A stretch of DNA of 63,923 nucleotides, filler included, from Craspedostauros australis (lineage: Eukaryota), in the NCBI GenBank assembly GCA_030167865.1. It is 6 parts of 6 records of this genome, joined end to end, with 100 filler letters (N's around TTAATTAATTAA, not from the genome) between each part and the next. Parts side by side here need not be neighbours in the genome. Positions count along the whole stretch, not along the records: positions 35,985 to 62,150 come from JALAGF010005823.1; 5 more parts are not named here. The stretch is one strand, 5' to 3'. Each line of letters starts with the position of its first letter. Position 1 is the first letter of the stretch. Under the pieces are notes generated by a model. The model saw nothing but the letters and a program-made list of their open reading frames with translations, ran no database searches and was not told where the DNA came from. The position numbers and the translations under genes are program-made. Positions 47,058-59,716 of the stretch are shown piece by piece.

Positions 47058-48604
47058 ATGAGGAGGCCACCAGGATCAGCATCAGCAACAGCATCAGCGT
47101 CAGCATCGTCAACGCCTTGGTCGGTCGGTCCGATCCTTTGGACGGTGCTTGCGATCGCCATCTTCCTCAGCCTTGCGCAGATCTCATCGCTCCGCTTCAC
47201 ATCCAACCTCTTCGATGTCCCTGATGTCGTCATCACATCGTCCAAGGGGGATGGTAACACAGCCACAGCCACATGCTCCCAATGGCCGGAAGCCACTCAG
47301 TCAGGACTGTCGGGCGTGCTGAAGATGCCACCGTTCGACGCGATCCACGACTTCTCGACAGGCCACAGACCGCAGCGGTTCATGGCAGGGTACAGCAGGG
47401 ATGATCTGCTGCAGGGTCGTGGGGTGTCATACGAAGACAACGAGGACGGGACCGTCGACATGACAACGTTCCCTGCTGCGTCATCCACAGCGGACGACAG
47501 CACGCAACGGTTTGCTGGCATGACGCGAGAACAGCCCAGCGATGGCTATTCGGCCGCGTGGCTCGTCACCGTCGACCGCTTGCTCAGCAACAGCCGCATC
47601 AGCCTGCAGCATCTTCACGAGGTGAAGAGCACAACCCTCGAGTAAGGCCACTTCGCAATGAGCAAGAGAAGCTGGAGTCTGCAAGCCGTCGGCATGTTCG
47701 ATATCTTCGTGCACCGTCTGTCGTGCTACAAAAAGATCACGGGCAGGAGCGCGGAGCTGCTGGGCGATACGATCCAGCGTTGGAAGGCATGCAGGATGAC
47801 TACGAGCGCAACAACTTCTACAATAACGCCTCGAAGCAACGCAATGGACACACCTTGGCGATCGTAGCGTACTACGCGGCCAAGCTCGACGGCCCGGCAT
47901 TGCGACGCAGCCAGCTGTTCCTCAACATCACAGTCAAGACGGTGATGGCCGTCTTCCCAAATGTTGTCGTATTCGTGGGAGATCCATCCGACTACGCCTA
48001 CGTCGCGCAGAGCAGCGATCTCAATCGGTATCTGTATGACGTGCAGCTCATCAAGGATCTGCGGTCGTTCGATCGCTTGACGTACGGCACATCGGTCACA
48101 GCGAAGGAGCTGCTGCGGCAGAATGTGTACAGCCAGGATGAGTTTGATTTCGTCTACTACACCGAGGCCGACGAGCTGCCGCACATGCGCGACGTGCACT
48201 ACTTGCTGCGGCATGCGCTGCAGCCAGCACCTACTGGTCGATTCTCTTCGTCCGTCATCATTCCGCATCGTGGCCAACCCATTTCGATTGCGTCGGATGT
48301 GTCGCAGGTGACTTTGGAGACGCACAAGAAGAGGTACGACGACGTAGACTTGGGTGGCAAGCGCGTGGTGCATGATGTGCCGGATCTCATGTCGAGCAGC
48401 TGCTGCTTTGATCGCCCCAACATCCGACATGGACCCTTCGTCAGCCCGCAGGAGTTGATTTCCATCACAAATTCCACGGTGGAGCTGTTCCGGCAGCACC
48501 GCAGCTTCTCGCATGTGGCTGGCACGGGCAACATCTTCAAGAAGATGTTCCGTCTGTGCCGAATGTCAAGTCCGCGGCAGATGTGCTTGTCCTCATCGGC
48601 ATGA
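47058..48604 (+). CDS. Type II membrane protein of an algal expanded family with FVYYTEAD motif (glycosyltransferase-like by inference); frame change near 47630 (intron or frameshift)
   Basis: N-terminal TM ILWTVLAIAIFLSLA; second ORF with VVVFVG, FVYYTEADEL, VIIPHR and SCC. Confidence 0.6.
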
Positions 48605-49372
48605 TGGTGGCGTCGATGGTGGTGTTGGTTTGGAGCTGAGCCGGCTGAGATGATTGCTCGAAGTTATCTGCTCGCCCGGCACGTCCATCAAGACTCACCA
48701 ACGACCAAGCAGGGGGTGCCAACAGACTTACCACTTGACCGACCAGCCATCATCATCATCAGCATCATCGTCTGCATGACAGACCATCATGCTGTTGGCG
48801 GCCGTCTCCAGCATGCCGTGTCAACGCGTCAACGCAAAGCAATCATAACAACAAGTCTCCCATCCTCAAATTAATCACGGCGCCATCGATGGGATCGTTG
48901 TGACGCAATGCTGGCAAAGATTTTGCAGCTGCATCCAGGCTGTGCCAATACGACGTTGCGCTCAGAGCAATTGGTTCGTCGAGTGTGGGGTATCAACCAC
49001 CTCCAGCACGCGTAGCAAGTGATCGAGTGGTGCCGTCGATGTCCCTTGGCTGATTCATATTTCCAAGAGATAAGGTGAGACAAGCCGTCATCGTGCGGCT
49101 TTCGTCGGCGAGTGACCCGCATTTGGGCTGATCCATCCCATTTGCATTGCATGAATAGTATGTCTGATTCAACGCACGCCATAGGAGTACGAGAAGAGTC
49201 AGAGCGTTGCATGTGCCACATTAAACCCAAACTGCTCAGAACCACATATCCAGTTGATTCTCTCCGAATCACGAAGGTAACCGCAATCATGCACTTCATT
49301 TCTACATTATGGCGGCAGATCCCAGGATGACGAGAGCGAGTGCGTAGCATTGTGTTGCGATGCATTAGTTGG

Positions 49373-50470
49373 TTACATAGCCGGAGATGTTAATATCCAC
49401 TTTTCGCCGCCGTCGTCTTCCACCTGCTCTTCGCCGTCTTCGCCAGCATCGTGACCATCGTCATCATCACCATCGCCAATGTTCTGATCCACCAATACTC
49501 CGTCATTGGTCCGATCGTCAGCATCATGGTCCTCGGTGCTTTCCTGATTTTGATGATGAGAATGATCAGCGCCGTCTTCTATTCGTGCATCCGCCATCTC
49601 CTCACCTTCGTTGCCTTCGTCTTCCTGCTCCTCTTCCTCAACGTCGTCGTTGCCGTTTGCGTTACCATTGCCGTTGCCATCACCTGCCATCTCGTCAACT
49701 TCGATGTCGATGGCAGCCATTCCTTCTGCACCATGCTCCTCCGCGGTCGTGTCCGTCCGCATGGCCAAGGCGCGCAATTTCCATGCCTGCTTCTGTTCGG
49801 CGTCCACTCCCGTCTTCCATTGTCCAGCGACGATGCGAATCAGCTGATTGCTGGGCAATTCTGGATTCTGCGCCTTGACTCTTGGATACGTCTCCTGCAC
49901 GAACAGCGTGTACGCCGTTTGCTGACGTTTACGTCGATTGGGATTGATCTTGCGTTTCCTGGCCTTGGGTTTGCGACCCCGTTTCTTGCCCTTGTACTTG
50001 GGAACGCCATTCTCATCGAGGGGTGGCAGTTGGGTTGGATCGATGGCTGCGATGCGGCATGTTGGGGTGGATATCATCGCACGTCACGCGTTGGCCATGG
50101 TTGTTTCATTGTTGCAAATGGTGATGAGTGATAAAGGAGTTTGCGGTGCGATGAGAGATCAAACAAATGAGACAAGACGAAAACCGCAAACTTCATTGTG
50201 TAGCAAAGACAGCGCTTTGCTTGCCACAACCCTGCCTGACTCACCGTACTGATCCTGGGCAGCCTGCGTGACACCGAATTGCACCGACAGCATGCGTGCC
50301 TGCTCGTTGAGGCGGTCGGCCTTTTGCTGTGACAGATCGGCCTCCTGCCTCAGATGGCGCACAAGGGCCTTCGTGGCAGAGAAGTTGGGATCATCAGGAT
50401 CTGACAGCAGCTCCACGAGCAACGCGCTGGTGTCGGCCATTGTGGAATCGTGCGAATTGTCGTTGTGCAT
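49373..50470 (-). CDS. HMG-box protein with AT-hook-like basic motif and acidic tail; exons 50470-50245 and 50046-49373
   Basis: GTGAGT...GCAG phase-1 intron joins QDQY-A-IDPTQ. KKRGRKPK; KRQQTAYTLFVQETYPRVKAQNPELPSNQLIRIVAGQWK. Confidence 0.85.
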
Positions 50471-51168
50471 GTGCCTCTTCTCGTCTCGTCTTGCTTGTGC
50501 GTACTTGCGTAGAGCAACCTATCCTATCTCAACATGACTGTTCGTTGTTGCGCTTGACGCAGCCGCCGGAGGACGGATATAATGGACAAAGGACGACTCG
50601 TATAGTACGAGTATGATGACAATGCTTCCGCAGCTCGAGAAGCGCATTGGATCTGTTGGGTACCAGATTTGTGGTTGTTGTTGGATTTGGAAGTCAAGGG
50701 AGAATTGATGAATGACGGAGATTGCGGTGAAACGATCTCGCCAAAACTCCATCAACTTGTCGCGACTATTCTGCGAAGGCAAAGGGCAAGGCCAACACGC
50801 CGCTTGGGTTGCGTTGGTTCATGACGGCCGCTCGATCATGGCCTTCTCTGTCGCGCTGTCTGCCTCTTCGTCAGATCATTTTGACCTCGCGACTCCATTT
50901 TGCGCGCTTTCTCTCCATCCAAATCCATATCTATGCACTATTGTATTGTTTGCAGTTCATCACGTCATGCCTACCTCTCATGTTTGCCGCAATTGCAGCG
51001 AGTCGTCTCCGCAGTGATTGCGTTTCTCTTTCGCATCATTCAGTCCTTTATCGTTCCTGTAGGATGCTGTGGGCGATACCGTGACGCGCCTGCTTCATGC
51101 TCCGAGTGAGCATTGTCGCATGCAGTCGTGGTATGGCTCCGCTGCGGTTGAACCTGCTTACCTTCCAC

Positions 51169-52650
51169 TGTCGAGATGTACATGCGTGTGCATGTCAAGA
51201 TGTACGGGCATATGTGCATAATTCCCCCGTTATTCTCTTATACATGTACGGACGGTAAAACTACATTCGTGTCAATAGTATGCTGTGATTTGTCAGAATC
51301 ACAGTGGATATGGGACACCCGAAAATGAGCAGAATTTCTGGAGGAAATTTGCAATCAACAATTTCTGAGAGAATCAGGAACATCGTCCGTCCATCCATCA
51401 ATGAACACAGTTGAGATTCAATGAGGGACAGACTACTACCGGACACGGTGTCAACCAGATGGGAGAAATTCTTGTTTTGGTGCGAAACCTTCCGACTTGA
51501 TCGACCACCAAATCTTTTCTCCTCCTTTCTCTCCTCCACTCACGAATCCATCATGACTCAAACATGACCGACCTGATTCACACCTCGCCTTGGGAACTAT
51601 ATGCTCCTCAGATCCTTTTACTACAATACACCTCGATTCCCTCCATGCTGATGACTACTGCACTACTGCCGTAGTCTTGACGCGTGTATCCAACTTGCTT
51701 CAACTCAAGTGATGGAATCCGAGGGTCAGCTCCAACCACAGCCACTGCTTCATGATCGTCACTACCAGGTGTCATGACCTACACTGCAGTGTGTCTACAT
51801 GTATGGAGAGCAAAGCACTGTAATGATCGCCTACCCCGTAGCACTGAACCAAGTACATCAGTGCAGGGTCTCGCCAAGTTGTGTGGCATCGTTTCTTCAC
51901 CCTACCAACAACATAAGCTAACACATAATTAACAGACAAGGATTAGCTACAAAGCACTCTTCTTCTCATTGTTACAGTAACAACTCTTCAATCAGTACAC
52001 CTCTCTTGAACTGCACCACATGGCTATCTTGAAGCCGGCAGATTCACAAGACATCCTCCACCAATTCGCGCCAACTATGCCCGAATCCTAACTAGGGGCA
52101 AGACTGTGTGCTACTGTGGATGATGTATGCTTTGGCAAATGGAATTGAAAGAAATGGAGATGTTGTACTCCCAGTTCCAAATATGCAATAACATGAATAG
52201 GTAACCAGAGACTACTACTAGAGACTGGGTACCCTGGATTTCCAACACACACAAGCATGAGATGATGACGACTGACATCAACACCGAAGTTGTCATCACC
52301 ACTTCGACAGCTGGCTATTTCAGAACAAGAAGGCAAAGATTCGATGACCAAGGGATCAACGAGATCTTGGAGGTGCAACATGAAGTTCAGATGAGACATT
52401 GACGAGCACACGTGAAGCAACGAATCGAGACGAGAGAGGACGATCGACTGCGTGTTGAATACGCAGTAGTACCACAAGGAAGAGAGAGAGAAACAGAGAA
52501 ACAAACGAAGACGAAACAGCGAGAGAGCATCTTGCACCGACTAATGGTCGGGTATCGAGAACTGTCAGACAACATAGTAATGAAATAGCCAGCAAACGGT
52601 AACAACACCACAGTCTACAATAGGAGTATCCGTGCGCTCACCTTGCCAAC
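51169..52650 (+). mobile_element. Family A-related solo LTR with a probable nested family B-like solo LTR (51449-52247)
   Basis: 51169-51402 matches the start of 42415; ends CTTGCCAAC. The inner segment runs TGTCA...CCCTGGATTTCCAACA (~799 bp) with degenerate flanks CACGG/CACAA. Confidence 0.7.
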
Positions 52651-52949
52651 TCACGTCAAGGACACACTCGTGACCCATGGTGGAGTCACGGGTATCCTTT
52701 TGTTGACACTGCCGGGTGAGCGACGGACATTTTCCATGGGATGGATGAGAACAGCCTCACCCATCGACCCAACCGCGCCGTAGCGCACAAGCGAGGAAAT
52801 ACAGGATCGGAGATGGAGTCGATGGCAACAAATCACAATCATAATCGTACCAGAACATCAAGCTCTTGATTGTTCGTCACAAGGATCAGTGCAATAGGTC
52901 GTAGCCACCAACGAAGACGAAGCTCTTGAAGATAGTCACTAGGATAGTC

Positions 52950-53510
52950 ATGAACTCTCCATTCCTCCAGAGCGTCTTCCTCTTCGCTGTGACGTTGGCA
53001 GGTTCGTTGCGGCCAATCGAGCCTTTCCAAGCTGCGGATGTCAACCAAAGAACAGTCTCCGCACGAAGAGCAGGGCGGAGGTCGGTACTAGCAGGCGCGG
53101 GTCGGCCTTTTCACATCAGCTCTTCATCGATACTTTCTCGATCGCCGACAGCAGCTGGTTTGAAGTTCAGCAGATCAGATCACGAGAGCAGCTGTGATGA
53201 GAGAAACATGCCGCCCAGCGACACGGATGGTGACAGCAACGCTGGCAGGTCCGATGACACAAATGACGATGGTAATGACATCGAGGATACCGACGACGAC
53301 GATGACACACACTCGTGCGACGGCATGTCGCTTGACCAGCTGGAAGATCAGCTTCTCTACATCGAGGCCATGGAAGATCGGAACAAGGCGCAGATCGATT
53401 CCTTCATTGATGAACAGGATCAATGGGATTCTATGGAAGAGTGGGAACATCAGACCCTGTTGAGCAAGCCGGCGATTCTGGCCGCCATCCAGCGTATCCG
53501 GCTTTCGTGA
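52950..53510 (+). CDS. Small protein with signal peptide and a possible transit-like S/R-rich segment, acidic linker and helical C-terminus
   Basis: MNSPFLQSVFLFAVTLAG hydrophobic N-terminus; coding-like C-terminus LEDQLLYIEAMEDRNKAQIDSFIDEQDQWDSME. Confidence 0.65.
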   Translation: MNSPFLQSVFLFAVTLAGSLRPIEPFQAADVNQRTVSARRAGRRSVLAGAGRPFHISSSSILSRSPTAAGLKFSRSDHESSCDERNMPPSDTDGDSNAGRSDDTNDDGNDIEDTDDDDDTHSCDGMSLDQLEDQLLYIEAMEDRNKAQIDSFIDEQDQWDSMEEWEHQTLLSKPAILAAIQRIRLS

Positions 53511-56500
53511 GCTTGCAACGATTATCTATAGAACACCTTCCTCTCTGGTTCCCAATCCCAACGCAGAATTGCATACCGCCGGGTTCCTTTCGATAGCAGA
53601 GACGCGCTCGGCTGATGTTCCGCACACGAGCACATCCAGTCACTGCTTCACGAGTGTTCCACCACAGTCTGACGAAGTGTGCTCCGCAACACGGACGAGC
53701 GACGTTGATATACTCGCACCCACGAGAACATGAAGTTTGGCCTCATCCTCCGCATGCAAACAACTGGAGGGCCAACTGCACTTCAACACCATGCTCAGCC
53801 ATGCAACACCCCCAAATTCGGTGCTTCCCGATCTCCAGGGCAACAAATCGAGACTTCCAAAGCCCACACCAACAAGCGTAAATCGTACGCAGAGAAAGCA
53901 TGGCCGTACCACCAACTCTCAAAATCCGGATCTCACATTTATGAGATCGTGGCTCTTGGTCTGCAAAGCTCATCCGACACGAGCGACGACATCCGAAACA
54001 AGCCTGCTGCAATAGATATCATTCCAAATGATCATGATCATTGCCCACGAATCCCGTCCGATCCTGCCGTGACCAGACATCTTCGCCGACCCAAGATTCC
54101 GAACGGACCGAGAGCCGCGCGAAGCGGGAGGTGTTGGGAAGGAGAGAACTTTCATCCGCTTCGTGTGTTGCGTGTGCCGGCTATGAGTGCTCCAGCGTGT
54201 CGGTATAACTCCTCTCTGGAGAGGGCAGAGAGGAAGACGTGTACGCTGGAGGCGCGTATCCGATCATTGCCGATTTCTATCTGCCACCATGAGGACGCGC
54301 CGCATACAGAGAAATGAACATCGCATGTTGATCTTGTGTCCATAGCAATGATACAAACCGCTCGTGGGTGTGTCTTTCGAGCCGCGTCTAACAAAAGCAA
54401 GCCGTTTGAACCTTCAGGTGGTGTTATGCAGCACTCCAAACCTGTCCTTTCAAGTGACCTGCTTTCCCCTTGGCATGACAGGCAAAGCCATGCAACTCGC
54501 AAAGAGAGCAAGGCTGGAGAGGGCGGGATGGCTTGCCAGGTTGGTGCCTGCTTGAGCTCGTTTCTTTGAACTATCCGGACAACTGACAGAGGTGAGGATG
54601 GGATCTCTCGCCTTCTCTCTCCCCAATGATCCCCCACCTTTTCTATCTTCGAAGCGGCCCTACTATACACCAGTGCGACACTCGACACCTGCACTTCGTC
54701 CAGGCTACATGCTGCTCGTGATCTCCACTCCTTCTTGCGATCTGCAGCGGCCCACACACAACCAGAAAAAGTTGGAAGATCTGTCGCTCTCCCACCCTTC
54801 CTCTGCGATGCTCCACACCACGCTGGAGCTTGCCCGAGCGCATTGGAGCACATTGCATCACGCCAACAAGCCGCAGCGATGCTTTGTGCGTCGACGGCAA
54901 TTCGGAATAGAGCACTCTCGGATACCGGATCGCCTTCCCCATTCCTTCGGAGTGTGAGTGAATGTACCTTCTATTGTTCGCATCGGTGAAACGCTGTCTG
55001 TGTGGATGATGGTACCCAAAAGCGACATGGTTGCGTGTGATGTATCCCTTCGGTTCACACCGTGTCGCTTTGTGCCGTGCTGTCCGATCGCGATTCCGTG
55101 GGGTTCTGTTTGCGATCTGTGGTCGACACACAGCAAGGTTGTGTGTGGACTGACTGTCGACTTGGATTGTGTGGGTCGTCCGTCTCGAAGAGTATTCGCT
55201 TCGACGTTGAAGGCCCCCACGTTGTCACTTGTGTCCAAGGTACTTAACATCATACGTGATAGTTGTGTTAAGAATCACTTAAGCCAAACACGATGTTGAT
55301 CGTGCTCGCATAAGAAACCTATCTTTGTGCGACATCGGATCACGAATACTCCGCAGGCCGCACAAGACCCGATGCAGTCGCTCGATGAGAGGAATCAGTG
55401 AAGTCCACCAAGGCGCATCGCTTCGGACACCACAGAACGTCCCCAGGGAATTCGTGCGATGCGCACATGATGATTCAACACAAAACGAATGAACGAAAAA
55501 CACAAAACATCGTTCGCCCTTCACATTTTGTCAACACGCAGAGCCTCCACAATTTAATGGCAGCCGAGCGCCACACGACCGTCGCGAGGGAAGCGAGACC
55601 AACAAACCGATACGCAACCGCGCGCACAGGACAAGTTGGTTCAACAGCAGCCAAGACCAGACGCCATCTCTCTGTTGCCGTGGCTTCTTCGTCTCTGTTT
55701 GCCCCTTGGGTCGTACTTGGCCTTCAAGAGGATTCGTATCGGCACCAGCAACAAGCCATACCTTCCATTCATGCTCGTACTCGCCCGTTCCGGTAGGATC
55801 ACTTGCGACCTTGGGTTGGAGCAGCAACGACGATTCGTGCTCGTGCTCGTATAGGGCTGCCGCGGACTTGTACTCGCATGTGCACAGAAGCCGCAGGGTG
55901 TGAGCTATCTGTCGAGTCTGTCCATCCGCGACAACAGAAGGCAAGGCACTCAAAGCCGCAGTCGGACAGGACGAAAACAACGGCAACAACAACGGCAGCG
56001 TCCACAGCAACGACACCGCAAGGAATAGAAGAAGAACAGCAGGTCCGCACATGGTGCAAGAGACAGAAGCCGGAAGCCCCAGAAACGCGCATCGGTCTTG
56101 CACAAAGATACGAACGGGACAAGGTGCCACAAGAGGAGCGACAACAGCGACTGACCGACTCACCCAAACCAATTCCAATACGATCATCGTCCCACACAAA
56201 CGGAATACGATACGTAGGCGCACAAATTGCACAAACAGTGCGAAGGCCACCAAACAAGTCTATCTCTCTCTCTCTCTCTTTCTGTGCGTGTCTGTGGCCA
56301 ACCTCCAGCCTGCCTCTCGTTGCGGCTCGCATGACAGGCTTCGCTCCCAGCACGCACACCATCCCTTTGCGTTTGTCCCTGCCATCTTACGAGCACCATC
56401 CTCGTACCCATTGTTCGTAGAGGATCAGCGCTGCCATCGCAGTTGCCATCGCAGTCGCAAGGAGAGCCCAGACACATCATAATCTGCAAGGTCACAGCAC

Positions 56501-56602
56501 AACCAAAGGCAGCATCATCCACAGCCTCATCACCACCATTGCCAATACCAGGAAGAACAACATCCTGTAGCAACAACAGCAGAAGCGAGATATTCGGTTG
56601 CA

Positions 56603-58678
56603 ATGATGAGTCGAAGCCCAATGCAGCAGCTGGATCACGATCGTTGCATGACGCTGCCTTTCGAGGGTGCGTGCAACGGCAGACAGAAGATCAACACGCC
56701 AGTCTCCATGGCCATGTCGATGTCAGTCTCAATGTCTGCATCCACATTCACAGCCACCAACGGAAGATTCAGCGCAGACACCGACGACACAGGAAGTGTG
56801 GTTCTCGACGACCTCGGTTCACACTACGATCTCACCAACCTGCGCCAACAAGGCAGCCGTCACAAGCGACAGAACTCGGAGCCCCTGCCACGTTGCAACA
56901 TCGCATCAAGGCCCGGGATCCCCATGCATTGGCCTGCGCCAGATCGCTTCGACAGAGGCGTTCGCAACACCGTCCATCCACTGCATCAGCAAAGGACGAG
57001 GTATGCGGTGGACGTGGTGGGGGTCAGCAGGCATCAATTCATTCATAACAACATCAGCAGCTGCGACAACCGCAGCATCTGCAGCAGCCAAGATCATTGG
57101 GGCGATCGTAGCAGTGGCTGCGGATATGATCATGATCATCAATACCATCATCATCAGGAAGGCCACCGCCGTCATCACAGCATGAACCATGGCAACGGAC
57201 ATCACCAGAGCCATCATCAAAACTACGATCGCCATCCCCACAACCACCATCAGCATCCACTTCAACGCCCACATCAAATGATGCGACCGCCCCACCAGCA
57301 ACAACAACAACATGACTTCAACTACAGCCAGACTCACGACTTCCGGCAAGACCAGATGCGCGACACAAGACGCAATCAACATCCCACAGGTGCTCGTGGC
57401 CACAGACGCAACTACAGTCTCCCACAAGTCAGCAGCACCTACTCTTACGATAGACGTGAATCGTTTGCAGGAACACGCGGAGACAGCGGCAGCTTGCGTT
57501 CCCTCCGAGGCAACGAAGAATCGATCTTCCCAACCAAGGAGGACATCCGATCCACCATCCCGGAAGTTGATGTCGATTGTCTGATGTCCACAATCCCAAA
57601 GCGCAGCTTGAGGCAAGCTCAATCGTCCCATGAACTGCATTACCTCAATAGATACGGAGGCGGCATGCAGACATCGCCCATGCCAAGCTTCGGCCGCCAG
57701 CCAATGCGCCACCTGCCCCCGATGCATCAGGTGCATTCCAACCAATCGTTCCAACGACCATCCACCATGAACTCTGTCAGTGGCATGAAGAATGCCTCGT
57801 GGCACATGACCAACGCATCAGTGGCGCCCACCTTGTTGAGCTCATCTTCGTCGGCATCGTTGCAGTCGTCGCACACTGGCTCCTACTCGCATTCGCACTC
57901 GCATTCGCACTCGTCCCAAGAGGGCCACGTTCGACCAAAGATGTCGTTGCAAGACGTCGCCATCCCTCACCGTGTCCAACAGGAACGGCAGTTCAACGCA
58001 CTGCCAGTGAGATTGCCTGCTCCAATGGCACCCAGGAAGAGAGTGCCACCCAGCTACCACGACGAGAAGGCATGCTGCGATCAGGATGATGATCTGGGAG
58101 ATCAGGACGATGAACGTCTATTCTTATCACCAGACCAACCTCCGAGTCCGCATCGGCCTCCTTACTCGTATGCGCCGCACAGCTACAAGGCCAAGGCACC
58201 TCCAAAGGCTCCCCCAAAGGTACCTCCAAAGGCTCCTCCAAAGGCACCACCTCAGCCACTGCAATCACAGCCGCAATCGACGACGACGACGACGACGAAG
58301 AGATATGCAACCCCAAACAAGGTCATGGTGCAGGTCGCACCAGGAGAGTTCCTGCATCTGCGAGGAGCGCAGGAGACCTGGGAATGCATCAAGAGAGGCC
58401 TATCGTGCACGGTCTCCTGCCTCGAATGCTCGTCGACGTTGCAGTGCGTCCCGGATTGTCAGGTCGTCCTGTGTCCGAGCTGCAAGATGCTGACGCCCCT
58501 CTCAGCCGCTGCCGTTGCCTCGTCCAATGATCAGGCAAAGAAGGCCACACCCACCGGAGAAGATTTTAAACCGCATGCGCGGCAGCAGCTCCCGACGGCT
58601 GAGCCAGGCTTCACATTCCATGCACCAGCCGGTGGGGTGGGACTTGGTCACATCGTGGATTCGCAGCCCGCATCCTGA
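56603..58678 (+). CDS. Low-complexity protein with C-terminal Cys-rich zinc-finger-like domain
   Basis: 691-aa ORF. VQVAPGEFLHLRGAQETW...CLECSSTLQC...VLCPSC...GGVGLG; His/Gln-rich tracts; 12-bp PPKA repeats at ~58191-58250. Confidence 0.8.
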   Translation: MMSRSPMQQLDHDRCMTLPFEGACNGRQKINTPVSMAMSMSVSMSASTFTATNGRFSADTDDTGSVVLDDLGSHYDLTNLRQQGSRHKRQNSEPLPRCNIASRPGIPMHWPAPDRFDRGVRNTVHPLHQQRTRYAVDVVGVSRHQFIHNNISSCDNRSICSSQDHWGDRSSGCGYDHDHQYHHHQEGHRRHHSMNHGNGHHQSHHQNYDRHPHNHHQHPLQRPHQMMRPPHQQQQQHDFNYSQTHDFRQDQMRDTRRNQHPTGARGHRRNYSLPQVSSTYSYDRRESFAGTRGDSGSLRSLRGNEESIFPTKEDIRSTIPEVDVDCLMSTIPKRSLRQAQSSHELHYLNRYGGGMQTSPMPSFGRQPMRHLPPMHQVHSNQSFQRPSTMNSVSGMKNASWHMTNASVAPTLLSSSSSASLQSSHTGSYSHSHSHSHSSQEGHVRPKMSLQDVAIPHRVQQERQFNALPVRLPAPMAPRKRVPPSYHDEKACCDQDDDLGDQDDERLFLSPDQPPSPHRPPYSYAPHSYKAKAPPKAPPKVPPKAPPKAPPQPLQSQPQSTTTTTTKRYATPNKVMVQVAPGEFLHLRGAQETWECIKRGLSCTVSCLECSSTLQCVPDCQVVLCPSCKMLTPLSAAAVASSNDQAKKATPTGEDFKPHARQQLPTAEPGFTFHAPAGGVGLGHIVDSQPAS

Positions 58679-59716
58679 CTCCGGATACTGCCCCTGCCGA
58701 CGCTGCACGCAGACAATAACAAAATTTAGAGCAAGCACACCCAATTTTGATTCACAACCAACCTCGAGCCATCTCTCCTGTTCGGATTTGTGCCGTCCAC
58801 AAAGAGTTCACAAAGAACACACAGCGGAGGAGAGTTGAGTTGAGTTGAGTTGAGTTTAGGAGAAGAGACGGATCAACAAAGTACCTACACTGAAGGTGCA
58901 TCAAAACTCTGTTGAGACTCCGATGAGGCTTCCGGTACAAATAGAGTTCCATTGAGGATACACGCTCCGGTGCCGCGCTTTGTGTTTGCCATGGGACCGC
59001 ACATGCCCTTCCCCTCGTGTGATCATGAGTATGGAACCGCAAACAGACCAGAATGTTGATGGCCTCAACATGAAATGCTCACAGAGTGCTCGTACGAACA
59101 CAGTTTCGGAGGAGTTGGCTTCTTCACATGGTCCATGTTTGTCCAGTTTGTACCTGCATCCGCACCTATTTCCATCTTGGTGGATCAGGGACACCCAACA
59201 TCAATCCCAGACGCCAGAAAGAGGTTTCGAGTTGAAACGAACACAAAACTGGCGTAGACGATCCTCGATCGATTTGTCGAACAGGTCGATTACCGACTGA
59301 AATCGTGTTTCATCAACCCGGCTAATTTTATGTCCGTCCTTGTCCACGTTTGCGTGAATCATTTTCAGAGCGAAAACGACTTACATAATTATTCTATTTC
59401 ACCGCTTCCCCAGATGCGCCACAACTACATTCACGAATTAGTGTTCTACCGCATATCCCAAAGATCGTGCTTTTGTTCGTTTCGTGCGACACAAAAGATG
59501 ATGTCTCTTTGTGCCTGTTTTGCGATGCTGATGGCACAACCAAATTGTTCCCATCATGGATCTCATTGTGGATCCCATCATGGTGAACGCCAGAAGCGAT
59601 CTTCATTTGTGCATAATACTCCAGCACATCTCCGCGCTTCTTGTCAGCTCCACTTGCATACCATCAGATCATACTCAAGCGTTGGGCACACGCTGTGCGC
59701 AATCAAGTCACTCTGA

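Noticed and set aside
53615..56480. Many 60-240-aa ORFs on both strands
   Set aside because: No recognisable domains; consistent with chance ORFs in intergenic or UTR sequence.
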